Of a stretch of DNA of 64,000 bases, positions 53,317-64,000 are shown piece after piece. Source of the DNA: Octopus sinensis (taxonomy: Eukaryota); contig NC_043000.1 in NCBI RefSeq assembly GCF_006345805.1, forward strand, positions 126,294,001-126,358,000, read 5' to 3'. Each line of letters starts with the position of its first letter. Position 1 is the stretch's first letter. The notes beneath the pieces are model-generated. The model worked only from the letters and a program-made list of their open reading frames with translations. It did not search any database and had not been told where the DNA came from. The position numbers were made by a program, and so were the translations under genes.

Positions 53317-53994
53317 GAAATATAGTGACTGTTCAAATTTATTGAGAAGATAATTAACCCTTTTCTTACCATATTTTTAATGGAATACATGACCTTCGTT
53401 TAAAAATTTTTTTAAATAATTGAAAATTTAATAAAATACCTTTGTCATTATTAAGCTGGTGTTTGGAACATAGATTAACATGAAATTTTGATGGTAGGTT
53501 TTAATTTAAATTGCATGGAACAAAGGGTGGATTGGTATAAAAAAGGTGAAACATTTGGTGACATATAATAAAATACCTAAGTACTTCATTGATGAAGTGA
53601 TGGTTGGAGCATAATTAAATGAATGGTTTTGATGTAAAATTATGATAGGAAATTTTTAATTTAAACATAAGCACATAAAAACATAAGGTTTTTATCATGA
53701 AACCAAGGGCTCTCTGATGGGTTGGTATCAGAGAAGATATAAAATTATGATAGGAAATTATAAAATTTAAACATATTCACATAAAAACAGGTCTTTATCA
53801 TGAAACCATGGGCTCTCTGATGGGTTGGTATCAGAGAAGTTAAATTCAATATCTGCAGTGATAATTTTTTACTCAGGTCTAATGTAGTATACTCATAGAA
53901 AGTGTAGAGTCATTTGATTTAACTCATGCATATAACTGGTCCATAAGACAAGCCAGCAAAAGAACTTCTATATGGTTAGTCAATCTGCTAGAAG

Positions 53995-54511
53995 TACCGT
54001 AAATCCTTGAGTATATTCCGCCCTTGAGTATAATACGCAGGGGATTTTTAGGGGGCTGTAACTCTGAATAACCTAAACCTTGTGTATAATACGCACCCCT
54101 TCTCCAACTTGAGTCAATTAGGTCTATATAACGTCCTTGGTTTGTAAAAATAAATAGGGTAACGTACTTTATTATTATTGTATATATAACATAACGCAAA
54201 CATGTAGCTTTTTTGTGCATTTTGTTTGCAGAAAATAAAGAAATAACAGAAATAACGTTTAATAAATGTTGCTTACTGCAAGTTATGGATGATTCTTTTA
54301 TGACTTCATTGCTTTCAGGCTTAAGCTTAAGGTATTTTTGCTCCCGCCATCACAAAATGCATCTGAATAAACATTGCCGGACAGCAAGTAGAGTCTCAGA
54401 CATTGATTAGTAAATAATTTTCATTTTTAACCTTGTATATAGTACGCACTAGGGATTTTGACCTTTAAATTTTGGGAAAAAAATGCGGATTATACTCGAG
54501 GATTAATGGTA
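53995..54511. mobile_element. Tc1/pogo(Tigger)-type MITE
   Basis: TIRs taccgtaaatccttgagtatattccgc / gcggattatactcgaggattaatggta with TA ends. Confidence 0.75.
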
Positions 54512-55326
54512 ACTGCCAAACTTCTATTGAAATCACACTTATCTTTTAAAAAGAGCAAGGGCATATTGGATAATGTAGTCAAAAGAACTTCTAAGAATAC
54601 AGGATGGTCATGACTAGAATGTCTTTAATTGTAAGTCTGTTTGAACCTATCATATCATTCTGAAAATAAATAATTACATCACCAAAATCTCGAAGCCACA
54701 AGATACTGCATGGTCAATTCAAAACAATGTGAATAAATAAGCATTACATTTAGCAGAATAAGGGTTAAGGAACCTGTATGTGATTGCTTGATCTGCTAGA
54801 AGCAGCAATCAAATTGCTCTCAAATCACACTCAGTTATCTTAGGAAACAGAAGGTGGTGTGCTGGCACAATTGTTAGACTGTTAGTCAAAACGCTAAGCG
54901 ACAGTTCTTCCTGCTCCTCATGTTCTCAGTTCAAATTCTACCAAGTTCTATTTTGCCTTACAAGTATGAAGGGTGATGTAAGTGACTTGACCCCCCTCCC
55001 CTCAAAGTTGCAAGCCTTGTGCCAAAATTAGAAAGAACTAACTTTAGCAAATAGAATTTGGATAGTGTAGTCTGAATTTCACTTTTTTTCTTTTAACTTT
55101 TACTTGTTTCAACCATTGGACTGTGGCCATGCTGGGGCATCCCCTTGAAAGGTTTTAGGCAAACAAATCAATCTCTGTACTTATTTTTTTTCATATCTGG
55201 TATTTATTCTATTGGATCTTTTGCTGAGCTGCTAAGTTATAAAGATATAAATAAACCAACACTATTTGTCAAGCAGTGAGAGGACAGACACAAACACAGA
55301 CACACACATAGATGCATGTGCATGCA

Positions 55327-55460
55327 TCCATCCATATCATCCGTCCATCCATCCGTCCATCCATCTATCCGTCCATCTATCCATCGAACCGTCCATCCAT
55401 CCATCCGTCCATCCGTCCATCCATCCATCCATCCATCCATCCGTCTGTCCATCCATTCAT
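55327..55460. repeat. (CCAT/CCGT)n tetranucleotide microsatellite
   Basis: Direct reading; explains the PSIH-repeat ORFs. Confidence 0.95.
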
Positions 55461-57071
55461 CAATCAGGCAAAAAAGTTTTTGGCACACTCCTCTGGCTTG
55501 CAAGCTCATGTCAAACCATCCAACCAATACCAGCATGGAAAACAGACGTAAACGATGATGATGATGAGATGATAATGATGATGACACTCACACACACACA
55601 TATATGACATACTTCTTTCAGTTTCTTTCTACAAAATCCATTCACAGGGCTTTGGTCAGTTGCAGGACCATAAAAGTTGACACTCAACTAAGATGCCATA
55701 CAATGGGGACTGAACCCAAAACCATGTGGTTCAAATTTCTTCCTGTCACACATCCCAAAACATGATAGTCACATAAGAAGTGTCTTTATTGATAGGTACA
55801 CATGATTTCACATCAGGAATCTTACAAAACAAATACAATAAGTGTAACATCATTTATTAGTTTAATGACAATTACAACATGTGAAAACAAATTCAAATGT
55901 CCCCTGAACTTTCAAATGTTCAGTATAGTGCCACACTTGAAGTACAAAGAAAGTTTTGTAATCAACTGGAAACCACATACTATGAGTTTGTAACCAAATG
56001 CTTTATTCATGCAACCACTTCATCTCTCTTAACTGTATCATGTATTTATTCAGTTATGAGGACATATGCAATTGCCAAGCATAACAAGTGAAATGTGGAG
56101 CACTTAGCATAAGCAGTTTAAAATTGAAAAGATTGATTTCCTGCAATTCTCATCAGCATCATCATCATCATCGTTTGATGTCTGGTTGGACGATTTGACT
56201 GAGGTCTGGTGAACCAGATGGCTACACCAGGCTCTAATCTGGTCTGGCTGAGTTTCTAGAGCTGGATGCCCTTCCCAATGCCAACCACTCGAAGTCAGGC
56301 GGTCCTGGCAATGGCCACACACAAATAGTGCTTTTTATGTGCCACCTGTACAGGAGCCAGTCCAGCAACATTGGCAACAACCTCCCTTGAATGTTTTTTC
56401 TCGTGCCACCAGCACAAGTGTCAGTAAGGCGACACAGGTAATGATCACGCTCAAATGGTGTTTTTAACGTGCCATCAGCATGGAGGTCAGGTTGTTGCTC
56501 TGGCAACAATCACGCTCGTATGGTACTCTTAGCACTCCACTAGCACGTATTAGATATTTATGTGCGTGTGTGTGTGTGTGTATATATATAATATATATAT
56601 ATACACATATATGGTGTGTTGTGAATTTATGGAAAGATATCCCATAAAACTCAACAAACTTGATAAAAATGGAGAAGAGATGTTAAAATGTAAAAGAGAA
56701 TGTTAATTTATGCAGATGATCGTTTCATACAGCAATATAAAAATCATGCAAATTCATGTTTGAATAGAATTAATAAAATTAATTAGATCAAATTAAATTA
56801 AAAAAATTATATATCACTGTACTCTTCAGTGCAGGAAGTACAAACAAAATTATCACAAAGGACTTGAGAAAGGAAAAATCAGAAAAGGATCTAGGAGATT
56901 TATTTTTATCTTTATGAGAAAGAAAGATACATGTGAGTCCAGTTAGGTATTAACTAAAACTAAAGGCTATAATGGTTATTTGAAAATATAAGTGAGAGAG
57001 GTTTTAGAGACGTTTCCTCTACAAATGAGTAAGGAGATTAGAAATTCAATAAATATGTACTTATCACGTAT

Positions 57072-57191
57072 GCTTATGGTCATATCACGTTGAAAGCATC
57101 GGCTCTCATCTGATCACTGAAGTTAAACAATGTTAAGCCTAGTTAGTACTTAGATGGGTGACCACTTGGGAAACCTAGGTGCTGTAAGCAT
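57072..57191 (+). pseudogene. 5S rRNA pseudogene, full length (~120 nt)
   Basis: gcttatggtcatatcacgttgaaag...gatcactgaagttaaacaa...gttagtacttagatgggtgacc...ggtgctgtaagc is colinear with metazoan 5S, with box A/C remnants and terminal stem gcttat/gtaagc. Many differences are CpG-type transitions; solitary copy. Confidence 0.9.
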
Positions 57192-57200
57192 CACACAATA

Positions 57201-57590
57201 GGCATAGGAGTGGCTGTGTGGTAAGTAGCTTGCTTACGAATCACATGATTTCGGGTTCAGTCCCACTGTGTGGCACCTTGGGCAAGTGTCTTCTACTCTA
57301 GCCTCGGGCCAACCAAAGCCTTGTGAGTGGATTTGGTAGACAGAAACTGAAAGAAGCCCGTCATATATATATGTATATGTATATGTGTTTGTGTGTCTGT
57401 GTTTGTCCTCCCAACATAGCTTGACAACTGATGCTGGTGTGTTTACATCCCATAACTTAGCGGTTCAGCAAAGGATACTGATAGAATAAGTACTAGGCTT
57501 ACAAAGAATAAGTCCTGGGGGTGGATTTGCTCAACTAAAAGTGGTGCTCCAGCATGGACACAGTCACATGACTGAAACAAGTAAAAGAGT
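57201..57590 (+). mobile_element. tRNA-derived SINE (family B), full length
   Basis: tggctgtgtggtaag (A box), gggttcagtccc (B box), internal (TA/TG)n, tail gactgaaacaagtaaaagag; copies at ~40430-40890, ~47005-47405, ~48585-48975. Confidence 0.85.
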
Positions 57591-57769
57591 ACATTTTGTA
57601 GTTGTTTGAATTGTTAGTCTTGTAGTGTTGTCTGATTAAAGAAGCCTAAAAAGAAACCAGCTATGACCATTCTATTTATTTTTTGTATGTTTAAGAAAGC
57701 ATTATTTTTTTAAAGATTTTATATCTCAGACATCATTGTCCAATATGTCCTTCTTTTGTAAGACATCAG

Positions 57770-58460
57770 GGTGTTTTTTGAGGGAGAACTGGCTGCTAAT
57801 TCTAGCAAATTTAGTAACCATGATCACCAAATTTCTTTTAAAATTTGCTGTTTTTTAAGATTTGATATTTAAGATACCATTCTCCAATATATCCCTCCAT
57901 TTATAGGATGTAATTTGAGAGAGAATTGGCTGCTAATTCTAACAAATTGAGTAACCATGATCACCAAATTTCTTTTAAGATTTGTTGTTTTTTAAGATTT
58001 TATATTTAAGACACCATTCTCCAATATGTTCCTCCTTTTGTAGGGTGTAATTTGAGAGAGAATTAGTTGCTATTTCTAGCAATTCAACCAACCATTTAAA
58101 GCAGCCATCACTGTTTCATCAATCTAACCATGTAAGACTATGTTGTCTAGAATGTCCTTCTGTTATATAACTGCAGGGTGTTATTTGAGGATTAATTGGA
58201 TGCTATTTACAGCAGGTCAAGCAACTATGACCATCAAATTTGTTTGCATATTTAGAAAAACATTATCCAATATATCCATCCATTTGCGAGGGAAAATTCG
58301 CTGTTTTTTCCAGTAGGTCGATCAGCCTCATAGAGAACTCCAACCATGATTATTCCATCTGTCTGCATATTTGGGACTACATTGTCAACTCATGTATCTC
58401 CTCTTTTATAAGACTTCACACTGATATTTGAGGATTATTTAGTTGCTATTTCTAGCCAAC
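57770..58460. repeat. Degenerate tandem array of ~135-140-bp units
   Basis: ttgag(g/a)gagaa(c/t)tggctgcta(a)ttcta recurs at about 57778, 57917, 58051, 58186 and 58427. Confidence 0.7.
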
Positions 58461-58814
58461 TGAGTAGAGCCTGCTTACAGGTTACACATGAAATAGTGAA
58501 AAGCTTAATTTCCGACCCTGTACAACATCTTAATTCTCAATAATAAATTCCATATAGCTATTAGCAGCTACTACAACTAGACAGTAGAGCTCACAATTCT
58601 GTACAGTAGTAACTTGTACTGTAAAATTAATGAGAATTAGGTTGGTTTGCTGTTCTGACTTCAACGCTGTTCTTGAGTATAACCAAGAATAACGTTTATT
58701 TAGCCTTAGGTCACACTTGATTTAACAGATCTATAATCAAAAGCGTTTTACACTTGCATGTAAATATTTGTGTACATGTATTGGTATAGATGTGTGTGTG
58801 CACATATAGACATG

Positions 58815-59125
58815 TATCTATCTATCTATATATATATATATATATATATATACATACCTTTCTATCAATCTATCCATCTATTTATCTATCAATCTATCTA
58901 TCAATTTATTTATCTATCTATTTATCAATGTATCTATCTATCTATCTATCTACCTGTCTGTCTGTCTGTCTATCTGTCTATCTACCTACCTACCCACCTA
59001 TCAACCTACCTACCTACCTACTTACCTGCATGCCTGCCTTCCTACCTGCCTACATACCTACCTACATACCTACCTACCTACCTGCCTGTCTGCCTACCTA
59101 TCCATCCATCCATCTATCTATCTAA
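58815..59125. repeat. Compound (TATC)n-(TGTC)n-(TACC)n microsatellite
   Basis: Direct reading. Confidence 0.95.
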
Positions 59126-59906
59126 GAAGTTTGCTTCCCAACCACATGGTGCCAAGTTCAGTTCTACTGCATGGCACCTTCTACTTTAGCCTCAGGACAT
59201 CCAGAGCTGTGAGAAGATTTTGTAGATGGAAACTGAAAGAAGCCTATCATATATATATGTGTGCATGTATGTATGTGTATCTTTGTGTCCATGTTTGTCC
59301 CCCATCACCTCTTGAAAACCAGTGTTGGTGTACTTACTTCCCCGTAACTTAGCAGTTCAACAAAAGTGACCGATAGAAATAAGTACCAGGCTTTAAAGAA
59401 AAAAGCTGCAGGGGTCAATTCATTCGACTAAAGTCCATCAAGTTGGTGCCCCAGCATAGCCACTCTCTAGTGACTGAAACAAGTAAAAGATAAAATATAA
59501 AAGATACAAACACACACATACACACAATGGGCATCTTTCAGTTTCTGTCTACAAAATCCACTCGCAAACCTTTGGTCTGCCCAGGGTTGTAGTAGATGAC
59601 ACTTGATGCGAGGCAGGGGGACTGAATTCATGGCTGGGAAGCAAGCCTCTTAACCGCATAGCCCATCCGCACTTTTGAGAAAAGAAGCCACTTTGGACAA
59701 TAAAATACGATAACACCAGTGGTCAACAAGGAGGAGTTATGGCCTGATAACACGTACTATGCTTTTGTTAAATGTTTTAGGTGACAATGTAGTCATAGAC
59801 AGACACAGACATCCCTTTTGTTCCCATTTTGTTCTTGACCAAGTGGATCTGCTGGCATGTAATATCTGAAAGAAGAGAAGGCTGCACCAGTATCTGACTG
59901 GTGCTT

Positions 59907-59907
59907 A

Positions 59908-59955
<48 letters not shown>

Positions 59956-60215
59956 AATTATTGTATACAGTGCTCAGGTGCACCACAACTTGTCAAAAGT
60001 GCGTATAAAGCATATGCAGTGATGTACAGATGCCTGGGAAGTGAACAGCGTATGAGTCAGATACATGCTTGCATGTGTATGGAAGGGAGAAAATCAGGTG
60101 TAGTGTTGGCAAATCTCAGGAAGCATGGAAGTTTTGAAGGATGCAGTGCTCTGATAACTAACAACTGATGCTGGCAATTTGTTCCATGCTTCAGTAACTC
60201 TTAGCGTGAATAAAT
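59907..60215 (-). mobile_element. 3' end of the same CR1 family as 1-2663
   Basis: Reverse complement similar to ~2390-2663, including the 3' UTR and (ATT)n tail. Confidence 0.9.
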
Positions 60216-60309
60216 GTGGTTGAATAGTCAGGATTAAGGTAAAATGAAATGTTTTGTTCAAGGACACAACATGCTGCCCAGTTCAGGAATTGAACACATA
60301 ACTTCATGA

Positions 60310-61227
60310 AGGGAAGGTGCATATGGTGACAGAATCAAGTGCTTAAAGAGTTCTTGCATGTGATATTTGCTCTGAGAGAGGAGACTGCAACACCAGAGAT
60401 GCCAACATTTTTCTACACAGCAGGGAGGTAAAAATTGTGGCCTGGAACAACTGTACTGACTGAATCATAGAAGTGGAGTGTACTTAAGGCTGGATTAAGA
60501 CCCATAGAGGCCCTAAGCTCTTAAAAGGTTTTGGTGCCCTGAAGTATATGTAAATGGTTCAAAATGTAAACAAAAATAATTCAAAATGTAAACGATAATT
60601 AACCGTAAAATAAATTTTTATTCTTCAAAATGAAACAAAGCTAACAGTAAGATGGAAAATAATGTTTATTTTTGTATGCTTCCACGATTTATATTTGAAA
60701 AGTTTTCTCCTTCGTTTTTTTTTTAATTGCAAAGCGTTTGATGATATGAAAATTAATTTTATGTAAAACTTCTGCTTCTATGCTTAGTAGAGATAAGGCA
60801 TTACGAATATTATTTTAGCGAGTTTAAAGCGATTTCTTTTGTGTAGTAAACCATTTACCATTTCTGTGCTGCTCCTGTCCTTTGATGCCCTAAGCACACG
60901 CTTATTTTATTTAATGGATTAATCCAGTGCTGAGTCTACTGGATGGAGTGGATGACTGGGAGTGCACAAAACATCTTCCAGAGTGGGAGAATTATTTAGA
61001 CATTATCAACAACAATGATATGAGACCGGACACTATACTCATCATATTTTCATCAAAACAAGTTATTCTGGTTGAACTCACTGTGCCAGATGAAGGCTGA
61101 ATAGAGGAATTCCGCACCTGCAAGACCAAAAATATGAAAGTTAGCTTAGTTTTTAGACTGAGAGAAATTTGCTTTCAAACTAAAGTCCCCATGATAGAAG
61201 TGGGTGTCAGAATGTTCCTGGGAAAAT
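60310..61227 (+). mobile_element. Degraded HERO-like RLE retrotransposon C-terminus, split by a hAT MITE
   Basis: DDWE...MRPDTILIIFSSKQVILVELTVPDEG*IEE...K...MIEVGVR matches the LRPD...VELTVPWE...K...VEVGCRG motif. Confidence 0.55.
60485..60932. mobile_element. hAT-type non-autonomous DNA transposon
   Basis: TIRs taaggctggattaa / ttaatccagtgctg; 8-bp TSD agtgtact / agtctact (7 of 8). Confidence 0.75.
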
Positions 61228-61809
61228 CATCAGCATCATCATCATCATTTAAAGTCCACATTCCATACTGGACAGTTTGACAGGAGGTGGTAAGGCTGGG
61301 TGGGAACCACACCAGGCTCCATTGTCTGTTTTGGCATGTTTTCTATGCTTGGATGCACTTCCTAATGCCAGCCACATAACAGAGTGTATTGGATGCTTTT
61401 TATGTGGCATCAACACCAATGCTTTTTGCATGACATCAGCAGCAGTGATGAAGTAACTCAATTTCTGGATGAAAGAGAACTACAGCTCTTAAGGCAATGG
61501 CAGAAGCGGAAAAGAATTCCAGCAAGATCTGGTCAAGGAGGGAATTGAATTTTGAAAAGCATGATTTACCCTATAGTCAACTGGTTGAACTGGTTACAAC
61601 ACTGAAAGTACCTTACGTCCGTGGCACCTCAACAATTCATGAGGGTTGCAATGCAGACAATGGCACAGTATGTTGTAATGTGGCAAGCTGGCAGAATCGT
61701 TAGCACACCGGATGAAATGCTTAGCGGTATTTCATCTGCCACTACGTTCTGACTTCAAATTCCGCTGAGGTCGACTTTGCCCTTCATCCTTTCATCATCA
61801 TCATCAGCA

Positions 61810-62190
61810 GCAGCATCGTTTAACGTCCGCTTTCCATGCTAGCATGGGTTGGACGGTTCAGCTGGGGTCTGGGAAGCCCGAAGGCTGCACCAGGCCCAGT
61901 CAGATCTGGCAGTGTTTCTACAGCTGGATGCCCTTCCTAATGCCAACCACTCCTTGAGTGTAGTGGGTGCTTTTTACGTGCCACCGAAACAGGTGCCAAA
62001 CGAGGCTGACAAACGGCCACACTCGGATGGTGCATTTTACATGCCACCGGCACGGAGGCCAGGCGAGGCTGGTAATGGCCATGATCAGATGGTGTTTGTT
62101 ACGTGCCACCGGCATGGAGGCCAGTCGACGCGGTGCTGGCTACATGGTTCTCTTACGTGCCACAGGCACTGGTATCACAACTATATATTC
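61810..62190 (-). mobile_element. RTE 3' UTR fragment
   Basis: catcgtttaacgtccgctttccatgctagcatggg... reverse complement of the family tail. Confidence 0.8.
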
Positions 62191-64000
62191 CATTGATGTT
62201 GATCGATTTTGATTTTGATTTCAGGGTTGATTAAATAAGTACCAATTGTGCACTGGGGTCGATGTAATCCCTTTGTCTGTCTTTGTTTGTCTCCTTTATG
62301 TTTAGCCCCTTGTAGGCAATAAAGAAATAAATATGTTGTAACAGATGGGTATCCAAGAGTCATGACTTTGATAAGGCTCAATACCCTACAAATGTAAGCA
62401 GGTAAAGGCCAAAACACTTGCATGAGGGGTGCTTCTGTTTTGAAAATCTGCTGTTTAGTTTTCTCTAGAGTTTCTTTCTACTACTAGAAAACAAAAGTTT
62501 TCTGTAAGATGCCTCGAGAATATGCAATATTAATTCTAAGATATGTTCTTAAGAAATGAAATTTTGAGCTCTCGTAAAACAGCAGAAAAAAAAACATGTA
62601 AATGAAAATAAACTCAATGACTACTTAGAGAATATCAAAAATGTTTTGTTTATAAACTTACATAGTGGATGTGTGACGGACATAGCTATTCAGAAGTGAT
62701 AATGGAAATGAAAAGTATTTTAAATGGTGAGTGGAAAACATTGTAAACAGGAAAATTTCTCTTTACAAAGGGAGAGGGAGTAATAGAGGTAGGGAAAGGG
62801 AGAGATAGGGGGAATAGAGAGAAAGTGAAAGAGAGAGGGAGGGAGAAAGTGGGAGAGATATATTCAATAATGAAAACAGTTACTTCATTTGTAATATAAT
62901 ATTTAACCTCGTACAACGAAAACAATAAGTTTATAGAGGATCTTGGAGTAATATTATTAAAAATCCAGGACAAAATATTTAGATAAGTGGAAGGATGGAA
63001 TTTAACACCATGTAATAGCTCAATGGATGAGGAAAGTATCTTTAGTGTTGCTGAATATTTAATAATAAATATTTAAATATTTAATATTTATTTAGGTCAG
63101 TTTAAAACAGAAAGTTTATATCTTAGAATTAGGAGCAGCCTCATGCTGAATGGTATCAAAGGAGTGTTTTTAGTTTAAAGTAAAACATTGCATCATGATT
63201 TTTTTTAAAGATAAGTTCTAAATACACTGGTTCATGAAAATTTTGTTTTGCTCTGAGACAAGGATATGAATAGGTGCTTTTTTCTTACTAATTCTGAACA
63301 GTTTTTCCCTTTCACCTCTAGTTTTTTTTTTTTGCTTTCACATATCCCATTTTAATTATATCATCATCATCATTCCCATTGTGCAGGAGCACAACCTTCA
63401 GACTTCGCTTGGAAGAGTCTATGATAAGATGTCAGTCTGGGGGATTGTGTGGGAAACCAAGAAAGGTGAACAAACCTGAGACATTTGTGCAGTAGCACAA
63501 CCTGTTTTCTATGTCAAAGAATGAAGCAAAGTCTTGGTTCTATGTCCTGAAACTGGTAATCATTACATCTATCTTGACCAGGTTCCACTGCTTAAGCCAA
63601 GATGCCAGGAGCTCTGACTGCTGCTTAGATACAAATCATGGGCAAAGTCATTCAGGATTTCCTACATGATCCAATAGGACTCACTTCCACTTGCTCCTGA
63701 ATAAACAGAGACATTGTCTTCAGAAGAGATCGACTTGGCAGAATCTTTCCCTGAAGGCATTTCTTCATCTGATGAAGAAGATCCTTATTTGCTGGGGAGT
63801 TGGGACAAGGAGATCATTTGAGTAGGGAACAGGTCACATAGTAGAGGGAAGATTGGATTATTTGATCTAAAAATAGTAAGCATCTACATGGCTTTGTAGT
63901 TCTCTCCAGCCCATCGGGACAGCAAAGTTAAAGGCTGCTTTTTTGCCATTAAACTACGAGTTAGTCCATTGTAGCAGGGTTTACAACAGATGTGTGGGGC

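Noticed and set aside
55237-55607. Cluster of PSIH/HPSI repeat ORFs (and similar IYLS ORFs at 58770-59189)
   Set aside because: Tetranucleotide microsatellite translations.

Overview
AT-rich, microsatellite- and transposon-dense eukaryotic DNA. The repeat families (abundant tRNA-derived SINEs, RTE 3' ends with (GAT)n tails, CR1, RLE-type LINEs) look like an octopus/cephalopod genome; that assignment is recognition from memory, not a database result. I can support one host gene: the 5' end of a sortilin-like Vps10p-domain receptor on the minus strand. Exon 1 (15884-16135) encodes a signal peptide, propeptide and RFKR furin site; exon 2 is 4584-4640 and a probable exon 3 is 3640-3681; the gene continues off the left edge. 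Intron 1 holds a same-sense Ty3/Gypsy element whose gag is replaced by an inverted LTR copy, forming a 227-bp-arm hairpin. Intron 3 holds an antisense CR1 LINE. From about 16.6 to 64 kb I found no credible exon. That stretch contains a cluster of R4/Dong-like RLE retrotransposons and a non-coding partner repeat sitting at (TAA)n tracts (22-34.5 kb), Penelope and HERO-like remnants, MITEs (piggyBac-, hAT- and pogo-type), several tandem duplications, two long hairpins, and a 5S rRNA pseudogene abutting a SINE. No CRISPR or prokaryotic features. Most short ORFs in the supplied track are spurious. Coordinates of degraded repeats are approximate, and only representative SINE copies are listed.
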